A stretch of 64,000 bases of DNA from Eledone cirrhosa (GCA_964016885.1 OZ024740.1:67828001-67892000), one strand, 5' to 3'. Numbered from the stretch's first letter, positions 14,053-26,660 are shown. Translations and numbers: made by a program. The notes: generated by a model not told the origin, from the letters alone.

Positions 14053-14364
14053 TATAGATATATTTATATAATATATGTATATATGTATATATATATATAT
14101 ATATGTACATATATATACATATATATATTTATATATATATATAATTAAGTTAAAAGTGTACATCTACATATGTATACGGAAATATTAGTATGCATATAAA
14201 TACACACATGTATACATATGTACATGTACTAAGTTTTTCACTGGACACTTTACTGTGAGTGTCCAGCTAGTCTGTATGTAACCAAACAGACAAACCGGGT
14301 TTTAGAGTCATACGGGATTTCAAGGAAACACATTTCCTCTATTCTCCAGAGAGCCAGACAGGAA

Positions 14365-14405
14365 TATTGGACTAGTTTCGATGTTATTACATCTCATCAG
14401 CAATA
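14365..14405 (-). ncRNA. Minimal type I hammerhead ribozyme, variant A
   Basis: Minus strand: tattg CTGATGA gatgt aata acatc GAAA CTAG TC^ caata. Confidence 0.82.
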
Positions 14406-14946
14406 TATACCCATCTTCCGGCTTCTCTAGAGAATCGTAAAAGCACATATCGTTATATGCTTTTTCTATGAAAATTAGTAGTGGGCAGACTAATTTGCAT
14501 AGAACGTGAGTCCAATATTCCTGTCTGGCTCTCTGGAGAATAGAGGAAATGTGTTTCCTTGAAAACCCGTATGACTCTAAAACCCGGTTTGTCTGTTTGG
14601 TTACATACAGACTAGCTGGACACTCACAGTAAAGTGTCCAGTGAAAAACTTAGTACATGTATATATGGATACATGTGTGTATTTATATGCATACTAATAT
14701 TTCCGTATACATATGTAGATGTACACTTTTAACTTAATTGTTTAAGCGTCAGTCATACAAAAGTGAGTTAGAAGCGAAACGAAATTTAATTTCGTTTCGT
14801 TATTTGTTTTTATCGTTTCCGCTGAACCGGTGCGTACACTGACTCACGTTCTATGCAAATTAGTCTGCCCACTACTAATTTTCATAGAAAAAGCATATAA
14901 CGATATGTGCTTTTACGATTCTCTAGAGAAGCCGGAAGATGGGTCT

Positions 14947-14989
14947 ATATTGCTGATGAGATGTAATAACATCGAAACTAGTCCAATAT
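14947..14989 (+). ncRNA. Minimal type I hammerhead ribozyme, variant A
   Basis: atattg CTGATGA gatgt-aata-acatc GAAA CTAG TC^ caatat; stem I atattg/caatat; palindromic ACTAGT stem III. Confidence 0.85.
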
Positions 14990-15527
14990 TCCTGTCTGGC
15001 TCTCTGGTGAATAGAGGAAATGTGTTTCCTTGAAAACCCGTATGACTCTAAAACCCGGTTTGTCTGTTTGGTTACATACAGACTAGCTGGACACTCACAG
15101 TAAAGTGTCCAGTGAAAAACTCAGTACATGTACATATGTATACATGTGTGTATTTATATGCATACTAATATTTCCGTATACATATGTAGATGTACACTTT
15201 TAACTTAATTGTTTAAGCGTCAGTCATACAAAAGTGAGTTAGAAGCGAAACGAAATTTAATTTCGTTTCGTTTGTAACTCACTTTTGTATGACTGACGCT
15301 TAAACAATTAAGTTAAAAATGTACATCTACATATGCATACTGAAATACTAGTGTGTATATGAATACACACACGTATACATATGTAGGTGTAACAAGTCTT
15401 TCACTGGTTGCTTTACTGTGAGCAACCCAGCTATTCTGTATGTAAACACACAGACAAACCGGTTTTTAGAGTCATACTGGTTTTCGGGGGAACACCTTCC
15501 CTCTATTCTCCAGAAGGCCAGACAAGG

Positions 15528-15572
15528 AATATTGAACTAGTTTCGTTGTTGTTACAACTCATCAGCAATATT
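15528..15572 (-). ncRNA. Minimal type I hammerhead ribozyme, variant B
   Basis: Minus strand: aatattg CTGATGA gttgt-aaca-acaac GAAA CTAG TT^ caatatt. Confidence 0.8.
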
Positions 15573-16143
15573 TACCTATCTACCGGCCCTTCTGGAGAAT
15601 TGTAAAAGCACATATCGTTATATGCTTTTTCTATGAAAATTAGTAGTGGGCAGACTAATTTGCATAGAGTGTGAGTACGCACCAGTTCAGCGGAGACGAT
15701 AAAAACAAATAACAAAACGAAATTAAATTTCGCCTTCTGGAGAATAGAGGGAAGGTGTTCCCCCGAAAACCAGTATGACTCTAAAAACCGGTTTGTCTGT
15801 GTGTTTACATACATAATAGCTGGGTTGCTCACAGTAAAGCAGCCAGTGAAAGACTTGTTACACCTACATATGTATACGTGTGTGTATTCATATACACACT
15901 AGTATTTCAGTATGCATATGTAGATGTACATTTTTAACTTAATTGTTTAAGCGTCAGTCATACAAAAGTGAGTTACAAACGAAACGAAATTCAATTTCGT
16001 TTCGTTATTTGTTTTATCGTCTCCGCTGAACCGGTGCGTACTCACACTCTATGCAAATTAGTCTGCCCACTACTAATTTTCATAGAAAAAGCATATAACG
16101 ATATGTGCATTTACAATTCTCCAGAAGAGCCGGTAGATAGGTA

Positions 16144-16188
16144 AATATTGCTGATGAGTTGTAACAACAACGAAACTAGTTCAATATT
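16144..16188 (+). ncRNA. Minimal type I hammerhead ribozyme, variant B
   Basis: aatattg CTGATGA gttgt-aaca-acaac GAAA CTAG TT^ caatatt. Confidence 0.82.
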
Positions 16189-16610
16189 CCTTGTCTGGCC
16201 TTCTGGAGAATAGAGGGAAGGTGTTCCCCCGAAAACCAGTATGACTCTAAAAACCGGTTTGTCTGTGTGTTTACATACAGAATAGCTGGGTTGCTCACAG
16301 TAAAGCAACCAGTGAAAGACTTGTTACACCTACATATGTATACGTGTGTGTATTCATATACACACTAGTATTTCAGTATGCATATGTAGATGTACATTTT
16401 TAACTTAATTGTTTAAGCGTCAGTCATACAAAAGTGAGTTACAAACGAAACGAAATTTAATTTCGTTTCGTTATTTGTTTTTATCGTCTCCGCTGAACCG
16501 GTGCGTACTCACACTCTATGCAAATTAGTCTGCCCACTACTAATTTTCATAGAAAAAGCATATAATGATATGTGCATTTACAATTCTCCAGAAGAGCCGG
16601 TAGATAGGTA

Positions 16611-16655
16611 AATATTGCTGATGAGTTGTAACAACAACGAAACTAGTTCAATATT
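16611..16655 (+). ncRNA. Minimal type I hammerhead ribozyme, variant B
   Basis: Same motif one 467-bp unit downstream. Confidence 0.82.
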
Positions 16656-16920
16656 CCTTGTCTGGCCTTCTGGAGAATAGAGGGAAGGTGTTCCCCCGAA
16701 AACCAGTATGACTCTAAAAACCGGTTTGTCTGTGTGTTTACATACAGAATAGCTGGGTTGCTCACAGTAAAGCAACCAGTGAAAGACTCGTTACACCTAC
16801 ATATGTATACGTGTGTGTATTCATATACACACTAGTATTTCAGTATGCATATGTAGATGTACATTTTTAACTTAATTTTTTATATATATATATACATTCA
16901 TATACATACAGACATATATG

Positions 16921-17009
<89 letters not shown>

Positions 17010-17010
17010 A

Positions 17011-17177
17011 TTATGTAATAAACAACATAAGGCAATTATTTAATTTACCAGTGGTTTCTTAAAAGCAAACAAATTTTGCTTTCAATAATCAGAATGAAAA
17101 AATCGTGGTGTATTCCTGTTTGCTTTTAAGAAACCACTTGTAAATGAAATAATTGCCTTATGTTGTTTATTACATAA
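17011..17177. repeat. Imperfect inverted repeat (about 60-bp arms) next to (TA)n
   Basis: ttatgtaataaacaacataaggcaattattt ... aaataattgccttatgttgtttattacataa. Confidence 0.8.
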
Positions 17178-17245
17178 CTATTAAGCTCTGTAACCTACAT
17201 AGAGCACTCCTTTTTCCTGGACCTTTCCGACGGAATTACTTCATT

Positions 17246-17351
<106 letters not shown>

Positions 17352-17840
17352 TGTGCGTGTGTGTTTGTGTGATTATTTTCTATGTTTGTACATGTATGTG
17401 TATGTGCGTAGTCGCTCCCATGTCAGTGTTTCCCTCCTTTATTTTCGTCTTTTTTTTAATGTTTGCACTGATCAAATGGTATTTTTCAAATGAGTTACGA
17501 CTTAAACTCATTTCAAACCGAAACCAAATCATATTACTTTACACAGTAAAGATCCTAAAAATGTGAAATACGAACTGGAATAAATGGAAAAGAAACAAAT
17601 TCTTAGAAGTTATTTCAAAGCCGTAAAAAGATCAATGGAAGATAGAAAAAGAAGAGAAATAAGTATTTGTTTTAATTTTATTTCTCCTATTCCCAACATC
17701 CACTACCCATGAACTTCATGAACTAAAACAGAATATGCTTACACAATATCGCATTTGTTTTATTTACACACTTAGACGGCTTATCTGAGACCAGGCTTAT
17801 ATATAGAGCCACACAAGGCTAAATATACATTACTGTATAT

Positions 17841-17890
<50 letters not shown>

Positions 17891-17966
17891 CGAAGGAAAT
17901 GTGGTAAGGAACCAGGTGGACCATAACGCACCAAAGTACTCAATACTTAGGGAAGTAGAGTGGGTA

Positions 17967-18073
17967 ATAGGAACCAGTAAGACCCCGACGGCTGAGCTCA
18001 AGCCATTTCGACGGCTAATTCTAGAATTAGCCGTCGAAACGGCTTGAGCTCAGCCGTCGGGGTCTTACTGGTT

Positions 18074-18078
<5 letters not shown>
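17967..18078. repeat. 112-bp near-perfect palindrome with no spacer, between (TA)n tracts
   Basis: ataggaaccagtaagaccccgacggctgagctc...ttct|agaa...gagctcagccgtcggggtcttactggttcctat; one mismatch seen. Confidence 0.92.
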
Positions 18079-18126
<48 letters not shown>

Positions 18127-18618
18127 CTGTATATGTATATCATTGTTTCTCACCTGCACCCCGCCTTCCTGGAACCTCTTGTCCAGCGGAAATCAGTCGC
18201 CCAGCTCAGGAAATTTAGTCCGTATACAGTTTTAATCATTTCAAAGGTTTCTGCGGCGTTTTTTGCCTAATTTGACACGAATCTTTATAACATTTCGAGC
18301 CTCCAAGTTGTTCTCACGTCCTGACTGCATTATGGAACCAGTCAGCTAAAACATGATGTGCATGACGATCAGCGTTAAAAGTGCTTCAGCGGCCCGACAT
18401 TTCAACCTGGAAAAAAATATATATATTTATAATGTTACATTATTATAGCCATATCAAGAAGGTGTTAGATTGACAGTTACGTAAGTTAATTAAAAGTGCC
18501 TAAAAAAAACGCCATAAAACGTCTTGACTATACCTAGCATACGTTGAAAATAGTCTAACAAATTGTGCACAAAAGACCTTGGGCGTTTAACATTTATAAA
18601 AAATGGATCATTATATAT

Positions 18619-18800
18619 CGGTGGATTGGCAGTATCGGTAGAGGGTCGGACGCCATGCTTTCCAGCATAGTTACGTCCCTTTGCGGTCTGAGTTCAAATT
18701 CCGTCGAGGTTCACTTTGCCTTTCATCCTTGCAGGGTCTATAATATAAATTACCAGTAATATACTGGGTAATTGATGGCCTTGTGCCAAAAGTAGAAAAA
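18619..18800 (+). mobile_element. tRNA-derived SINE (family with GCCTTTCATCC..GGGGTCGATAAAATA core)
   Basis: A-box-like TGGCAGTATCGG, B-box GAGTTCAAATCC, conserved core and TTGCTGGCCTTGTGCCAAAAGTAGAAA tail; more than 10 copies in window. Confidence 0.82.
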
Positions 18801-19411
18801 ATGATATATACATATGTACACACAATCACACAATACAAACACTCATACACACACATACACACACACACACTCTCTCTCTCACACACACATATATATATAT
18901 ATAATTGTGTGTTTTATATTTTTACCATTGTGATAGCGAGAGAGGATAGTGCGTATGGCCATTTTCTTAACATCCTAGATCGTTGAGAAAAAGTAAGTTA
19001 TCTCCAAACTAGTAGAAGCCTGGTCCGAATATTTGTAGCATAGAGCGCCCAAAATCAAGGTGATGGTATTAAATTAGGCCACCGATTATATCTATTATCC
19101 AAGGTGACGACAGTGGCATTTGATCTCATAACGCAACTTACCAGAACAAATATCACAATGTATCCAATCGACAGAAACATTGAAAGTGAAATTTGACATC
19201 TGCAGGATTAGAAATCAGAGAGCAGGGAACAGTTGTTAGTGCTCTTTGCACTAACGACTGTACCAAATAATCACCAAACCCATGTATGTATGTATGTATG
19301 TATGTATGCATGTATGTATGTATGTATGTATGTATGTATGTATGTATGTATGTATGTATGTATGTATGTATGTATGTATGTATGTATGTATGTATGTATG
19401 TATGTATGTAT

Positions 19412-19990
19412 GTCAGGTCACCAGTTGGTGCTACTGGTAACATGTATCCCAGTACAACCTGTCTCATGGTCGGGTCGTTGGCAACTAAACTGGCAACCCC
19501 ACCAAGGTTTCTTGGTGAGGAGGGTGGCTTTTGACATCCTGCAGGACTAAAAACAAAACCTGTCAAAAGGCAAAGGAGCTCTTAAGAGTCAATGGCCATC
19601 CAAAATCACTGGGAGAGATGACCCCTTAGCCTTTGTCAAGGCAGAATTCTAGGAGAAGGAAAACTCTGATATAACACCTGCAACTCTGATGGTATCCAAT
19701 GATGTTGACTTGTTCTTCTTTTTGGTAAATATCATCTTGGTTAAGAGAGTGGGACTGGCTTCGTACAGTGCCTTTGCTCACTATAAAAGCTTCACGGCAC
19801 AGGCATTGCTTTATATCTGGAGATCTCTCTGCACTTGTCGTTACATGGTACCATGGGACCAGCACTATGTGTCAATAATTGTCACAAGTGTAGTGTTTGT
19901 ACTAGAGTTTTCAAGTCGCTGGCTGGACTAAAAAGTCACACTCGTTCAGCGCATCGGTAGGGTTCTCCTACATGGATATAAAGTAGTGGC
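19412..19990 (+). mobile_element. Probable degenerate retroelement fragment between (TATG)n tracts
   Basis: GC-richer block resembling an RTE-type LINE 5' region; no ORF support. Confidence 0.3.
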
Positions 19991-21844
19991 CGTACTCGAA
20001 AACGAGTTGGCAGCCACCATGTATGTCTGTCTGTCTGTCTGTCTGTATGTATGTATGTATGTATGTATGCATGTATGTATGCCTTTGTCAGGGCATTCTT
20101 CTAGGAGAAGGCAACTCAGGAAACTGGGGTAACTCCTCATTTAAAAAAGCTTCAAGCAGAGGCATCCCTTTATATGTGACATTTCTTTCTTGCCATAGGC
20201 AAATCCGTAACACGACTAAAAAGCGACGTCACGCTTAGGTATCAGACGATGGCATTACTCGATATCCAGCTGCAGCTATCAATCGTATATGTATGCTGTC
20301 TGAGTGTATGTGTACATGTATGTATATATGCATCTAAGTATGTATGCATTTATGTACGTTTGTATGTATATATGTATGTATATATGTATATGTGTATGCA
20401 TACGTTCGTTTCAACTATATATTTACATTAACCTCTTCTTACTTTGCTGTATATGCAACAATTACCTATCACATTCTGATGTTAGTTTCCTTTTATGCAA
20501 GCCTAGGCCTTCTTCCTCAATGAGGAGCCACTATTATTATGGTGCAAACTTTACAATTTACACATAATCTAAGCTTATATTTACAATTTTGTTGGCGTAA
20601 ATGGCACTTGGGTGTTTAGGGCGCTAAACTAGTTCATCCCCTTCTCCCAAGTAAATAATTTCAGCCAATTAATTTTGCAAACTAAAATATTTAATTTCTC
20701 ATACTGCTAAGAAAATTACACAACACAGTCAAACTCACCTACGCCAAATCATGTGACAGGTCATAACAATCATACAAACGTCTCCAGCGTTTTGGGTTTT
20801 TACCAGTTTATTAATTGATCGCAGGAAAATACTAGACATTTAATTAATACAAATTCGTATAAAACTGTGATACTTAAACGTTAAGTAATGCGTCTGTCTT
20901 AAATATCTGCCCCCTCGGTGGCTGCCTAGATGGCATTAATGGTAGCACCGACACTGCCTTTGGGACAATAATGTGGTGGAAATTAGGAGCTTTAAACTTA
21001 GTATCACAACTACGAGTATAAGGCAGGACAAGGAAAGGATAATCAACACAAGTCGATTAAATATAAGGTTTTGTGAAAAATTGCGAGTATATTACCGAAT
21101 GTGTGTCAGACACCCAAAGAAATCTGAAGAGGAAAACAGACAACGTCGTGAATTTAACCAAAATAAAGATAGTAATACATATATATCAGTGTACCTACAT
21201 CATCATCATAATCATAATTATCCTGATCATCATCATCATCATCATCATCATCACCGTCGTCATCATCACCATCAACATCATCAACCTCATCATCATCGTC
21301 CTCCTCAACGACGTGTTGGTCTATCATCATCATCAGCAGCAACAACACCGTTTCATATGCATTTGCTATGCTGGCCTGGTTTAGATGTGTTGTCACGTTT
21401 TGAGATTTTACATACCACATAAACACATCATGCAACCATGTTTCCTTTAAGTATATTTTCTGTTTTCGAATACCCTCCTCACGCCAAATACTTTATAGCG
21501 TGTTCTGGGTGAGTTTTATATTCAAGCCAGCACTACCACTTTACACTTGACTGCGTGCATTTAATGTGGCACCAGCAGTATTACTACTTTACTGAGTGGA
21601 TTGTATGGTAGTGGTATTTCAGATACAATTTAATTTTCAGTATGTACAGCACAGTAGAGGAAATATGCTCATATTAGTAGCATTTAACTAACGAATAATC
21701 TTTTCAACTTGTAGTACTAGCGGGGGAAATGCATATGCATGCAACAGACCAGCACTGTATAAATTGTGAGGTAGGCACTTAAAATAGGCTGGGTGAAAGA
21801 AATGCCCAAAGCTTATTATAGCAACGAAGATGTTATAATAATAA

Positions 21845-22432
21845 GGGTGGCAGATTGGAAGTATCGGTAGGGGGTCGGACGCCATGCTTTGCAGTATAGA
21901 GTTACGGCTCTTTATGATCTGTGTTCAAATCCCGCCGAGGTTAACTTTGCCTTTCATCCTTATCGGGTTGATATCATAAAATACCAGTCAAGCACTGCGG
22001 TCGATTTAATCGATGTTTCCTTCCCCGCAAATTACTGGCCTTGTGCCTATATAAGAAATCATTATGATAAAAACAAACTTGTTGGTAGTATCGGTTAGCC
22101 GACAGACAACATGCTTCGCATCAGACAGTTATGGCCCTTTACGTTCTGATTTCAATTACCACGGAGGTTAACTTTTCATTTAATCCTTACGTGGTCGATA
22201 AAATAAAGCATCAGTAATGCACTGGGGTAATTGCTGGCCTTGTACCAACAGTAGAAACAATTATAATAACAACGAAGTATCGGTAGAGCGTCAGACACCA
22301 TGCTTTGCAGTATAGACTTATGACCCTTTACTTTCTGAGTTCAAATGCCACCGAGGTTAACTTTGCTTTCGTCCTTAAGTGGTCGATAAAATAAAGCACC
22401 AGTAATACACCTTGTGTCAAATGTAAAAACAA
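21845..22432 (+). mobile_element. Three head-to-tail copies of the SINE family
   Basis: Core motif repeats near 21940, 22165 and 22355. Confidence 0.82.
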
Positions 22433-23137
22433 TTAAAACAACGAAGAAGAGAACATTAGTCCGAATAAATTAGTGGGTGATACTGACATTTAAGCATAAC
22501 AGATAAAACCTTCTCTTCAACTCTCTAACCATTCTATGGAATGGATTTGTTAAATAGTCGGGAGAACATTTTCGCATTTGGGATCTGTGCATATTGAGTT
22601 CAAGCCGTGTCTACTTCTCCCACCTGAAAAGTGGTGAGACGCCTGCCATAAGTTACATACGGTTCCGGGTAGATTTGCCTCTCGTGGGAAATAATTGGCC
22701 TTAGGAAGTGTTCGCGAACATTATCGAATACCAATTGAAATATATTCATGGTTTCATTATGAAAAATACAGATTTTCAGAAAGGTACAATTTGGTGAGCA
22801 AGGTAATTTCCATAGGCAGCTTCTACAATCACAAGCAGTAACACGTGGTTCATGAACAACTATTTTGGCTTGTATTGCTGTATTCAAATACACTGAAGAG
22901 GATAGCTATCTACATGCGATATAACAACATTATACACTTAGGAATTTAATCTCGAATTCATTTGAAAATGCGGAAACTCTAGATAAGCACAGCTCCTTTG
23001 GATGCTTGAAGTTCGGAAAAACGATTAAGCATTTTGTTTTCCCCTTTAACACACATCTTAAAAAATCATCAATTTCTAACGGTAATAACACAAACAACTT
23101 GAAGCAACGTGCACGAACTCACACACATCCAGGCATG

Positions 23138-23220
<83 letters not shown>

Positions 23221-23672
23221 ACAGACACACATACACACACGTACACATACACACACACACTATCTCTTTCTTTCTCTCTCTCTGTTTCTTTTTCTCTCTC
23301 TCTCAAATGCACACATACACACAGATATATATATGAATTCGCAGCAAGATAAACCATAGTCATAATGAATCCCATCTTTCAACGATATTATTTATTCGTT
23401 CTTTCAACTTAGTCGATTATCAAAATGAATATCGTTTAAAATTATGTGCTATCTTTCTACTACTTGCCTTTTTATGCATGTTACAGGGTATTTGTGTTTC
23501 TTCTTCTGCTTCATCTTCATGAACATTATCTTGATCCTCATTATCTCACCATCACCGCCACCGCCACCATCACAGCCATCAACATAGTCGTTGTTTTCCT
23601 ACTCTTCTTCCTCCTCCTCCTTCTCATCATCATCACCATCATCATCGTCATCATCATCATCATTATCACTAC

Positions 23673-23720
<48 letters not shown>

Positions 23721-25144
23721 TATTAATATCGATATAATTATTGTTTGTACGACTGTTCCGGTATCGGGGGAGAAAGAGGAGTTTCGATGTGAGGAAAAAT
23801 AAGAAAGAAACTAAAGTTGATGGGAGTTGAAGTAAAAGAAAATAATCGATGGCCGAGAAAGCTGTTACAGTGTGAGGTATAAATGTGTTGGACGATGAGG
23901 CACAATGACAGAGGGAGAGAGGCTACTTGTAAACATATGCAATCTAACACACACGCATACACACACAAACACACACACGTACATGTGTGATATACAGGCG
24001 ACTGGATTTGGTAACCTTATCGGTAGGGATGTTGGAAAATAGATGTGGCATAGGTAGTGATCGTGTAAGAAAAAGAAGAGGGTGACTGTAGCTTTTTTTA
24101 GTAAGATATCATTTGTTTTAATTTGCTGTTATTTAGCGTATGCGCTTTAGAGCACTTAACTGTCGTCTGCTAGATTGAACCTTTTACAAAGAACTCAGCT
24201 TCTAGTTATTTTAGCTTATTCAATGACAAGTAACAATACTCATAGTGAAGCATTTAATAAGGTATAGATTTATTTTCCTCAGATAAAATAAACGTTATAT
24301 ACTACTTTCTCTAGGTAGTGAAAATTAACTGGTAGGATAAATAACACAAATAATCAAGGGAAACGAAGGGGAAAAATAATTTCATAATACATTGCATATA
24401 ATGAACTATTAAATTAATTGAAGAAATTATGATATTGATAAATAATAGTGTAGTAATTCAGATGATACGAAGATTGGCCAGGACCATGGAATTTTGACTG
24501 GGCCAGTTTGTTATTTATTATTGTTGTTGTTGTCAATGTCGTTTTGGTCGTTATCGCTTTTGTTAGTGTTAATGGTGTTTTTGTTGTTGTTGTTGTTGTT
24601 GTTATTGTTGTTGTTGTTGTTGTTGTTCTTGTTCTTCTTCTTGTTCTTCTTCTTCTTCTATTATTATTATTTTGTTTCTAAGATCGATAGAACAAAGTAT
24701 CAGTCACTTATTGGATCCTATATAATTGACTTTTTTTCTATCACACTAAACAGGTTGCGTTTTTCCTTAAATTAAAAGTCATTAATATTAAAGTTATGAA
24801 ATGCGGTCAGGATTGGTAACGGTACCGATTAAATGTGTGGGTTTATTTAATTATTCCCCATTTATATTCTTAATATTAAAGTCGCCACTGCCAACATTTG
24901 AATTCGTACTCCTTTCCGGAAGGAGTAGTGACTGAACAATAAATACCAGTGATATTAAGTTAACTAGTTAATATCCCTATTCAACGTTCCATTGACAGGT
25001 TCCCAGACCTTCTTCGACAAATCGAACCAAGAAAAACAACATACAAACCCACATATAACTAAGTAAATGTATTTTGTATTGAAGATAGGAGAAAAGTAAA
25101 AAGGCTTAGTCGAAGAAAAATTAATATACTATGGTCGATTTATG

Positions 25145-25407
25145 TGTAGTGACTGAGATGGTCGCTTAGCAACTAGCAGTTGCCTCCCCTTAACAACTCT
25201 TCAGAGAGCGGAGGCAATATACATCCGGTCACAGACGCTGGTTCACTCACTCTCTTTGGACCGCGGACATGAACAGACGTGAAAGGATTCGCTCCTCAAA
25301 ATATTGACGTTGTAGGAAATTTATTAAATGATCGCATTTAATAAAATGATCGTTAGATTTGATTGTTCATTTATTTATTCAACAAAGAGAAACATTCTTT
25401 TCCTTTA
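25145..25407 (+). repeat. 5' LTR
   Basis: TGTAGTGACTGAG...TTCCTTTA; about 5 substitutions versus the 3' LTR by eye. Confidence 0.95.
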
Positions 25408-25408
25408 T

Positions 25409-25426
25409 TGGTGACCCCGACGTGAT
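25409..25426 (+). promoter_or_regulatory. Primer-binding site complementary to tRNA-Trp 3' end
   Basis: TGGTGACCCCGACGTGAT, 1 nt after the LTR. Confidence 0.9.
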
Positions 25427-25874
25427 TCAAACACGCGGCCTTCTGACTCACGCATACAGACGAACACGAAAATACAACACAAAAGAAAGAGTTTTTTCGA
25501 CGACTAACAAAAGATTTCTGGATATAGAATTTTGCTTTCAACCCTCTGTTAAAATTACAAATGGAGACCCAAAAATGTTGTTTTCCCGCGTTCAGCTTGT
25601 CTTCTTCAATCCCAGCCATCTGATTGGCTACATCGTGCCACATGACGGCTTCTTCATCACGGACACATTTTTAAATCAGCCATCTTGGCTTTTCTTACCA
25701 TACAATTTTCATGGAAAATGATTTATTTTATTATTCAAATTTTCTTTAGAATATTTTTTTAAAGAAAAAAAATTAGCAGTATTTCAAAACGGCTACCACC
25801 AAGTACCAGCCATCAGCAGCAACACCTGGCTAACTATTAACCAACACCAAAAATTCATAAAATACGTGGGCACC

Positions 25875-26660
25875 ATGAGTCAACATCATTTGCTGTCCTT
25901 CGCAGGCGACATCAAGTTATGGTTTGCGCAGCTGGAATGTTTCTTTGAATTAACCAAGACGAAAGAACAGCATAAGCTGAAGGTCCTGATCAATGGCCTA
26001 CCTGTTTCCTTGGCATTTTCGGTGAAGGACGTTGTCACGGATTTGGACGCCGCCGATACCTACAGCTCATTAAAAAACGAAATTCTTCGGAGAAATACCA
26101 AGTCGGTAGAGAGTCGTTTTCAGGAGTTGTTGGACGATGCTCAAATGGGTGACAGGAAGCCGAGCTCCTATTTGCGACATTTGCGGGAGTTGAGCGACTC
26201 CCAGGGGATTGACACCCCCTTCATAAAGCAGCTCCTTTTCTCACGTTTACCGCCAAGTGCGCAAAGGATTTTGGTTAATAGTTTGGAGAGGGAGTCCTTA
26301 GAGCAACTTGCCGCGTCCGCGGATAGAATACTTGAGGTGGACTCGAACAGCAATCGGCATAATCCTTATGTGGCTTCAGCTTGTGTCCCCCCACGCAATT
26401 CTTCTGTGGCCGACAGCACACTGTTGGAGTTGATTGAAGCTCTCACCAAAAATGTAGAAGATTTGACTGTACAACACAGAGAGCCTTCTCAACGTTTGAG
26501 GTATCGTTCGCCGCCGTCCTCTATTCATCGCCAGCACTACAACGCAGACAACAATAATTCTTCGTTTTGTTGGTATCATGCTAACTTCGGCAGTAGGGCA
26601 CAACGTTGTCGCACGCCCTGTAATTACAAGAGATCGGGAAACGCAAAGCAGAGCCACTAG
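25875..26660 (+). CDS. gag: Gypsy Gag
   Basis: First ATG at 25875; LWFAQLE, MGDRKPSSYLRHLR, CWYHANFGSRAQRCRTPC knuckle variant. Confidence 0.88.
   Translation: MSQHHLLSFAGDIKLWFAQLECFFELTKTKEQHKLKVLINGLPVSLAFSVKDVVTDLDAADTYSSLKNEILRRNTKSVESRFQELLDDAQMGDRKPSSYLRHLRELSDSQGIDTPFIKQLLFSRLPPSAQRILVNSLERESLEQLAASADRILEVDSNSNRHNPYVASACVPPRNSSVADSTLLELIEALTKNVEDLTVQHREPSQRLRYRSPPSSIHRQHYNADNNNSSFCWYHANFGSRAQRCRTPCNYKRSGNAKQSH

Larger units (their letters stand above)
14143..16877. repeat. Array of about 467-bp units in inverted plus tandem arrangement (A-, A+, B-, B+), with five hammerhead motifs; retrozyme or Penelope pLTR-like
   Basis: Near-identical units recur (ORF-track copies 16111 and 16578 are 467 bp apart); orientation switches near 14512, 15260 and 15733; flanked by (TA)n. 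Confidence 0.9.

Noticed and set aside
14143-16877. Repeated 65-aa ORFs, or a CRISPR-like array
   Set aside because: Units are long and near-identical with no unique spacers, and the context is eukaryotic; the ORFs are incidental and antisense to the ribozyme.
18619-18720. tRNA genes at SINE heads
   Set aside because: A/B-box-like motifs continue into the SINE core and tail; no cloverleaf.
20973-21435. His-rich, Asp-rich and Ile-rich ORFs
   Set aside because: Produced by a (CAT)n trinucleotide repeat read in different frames.
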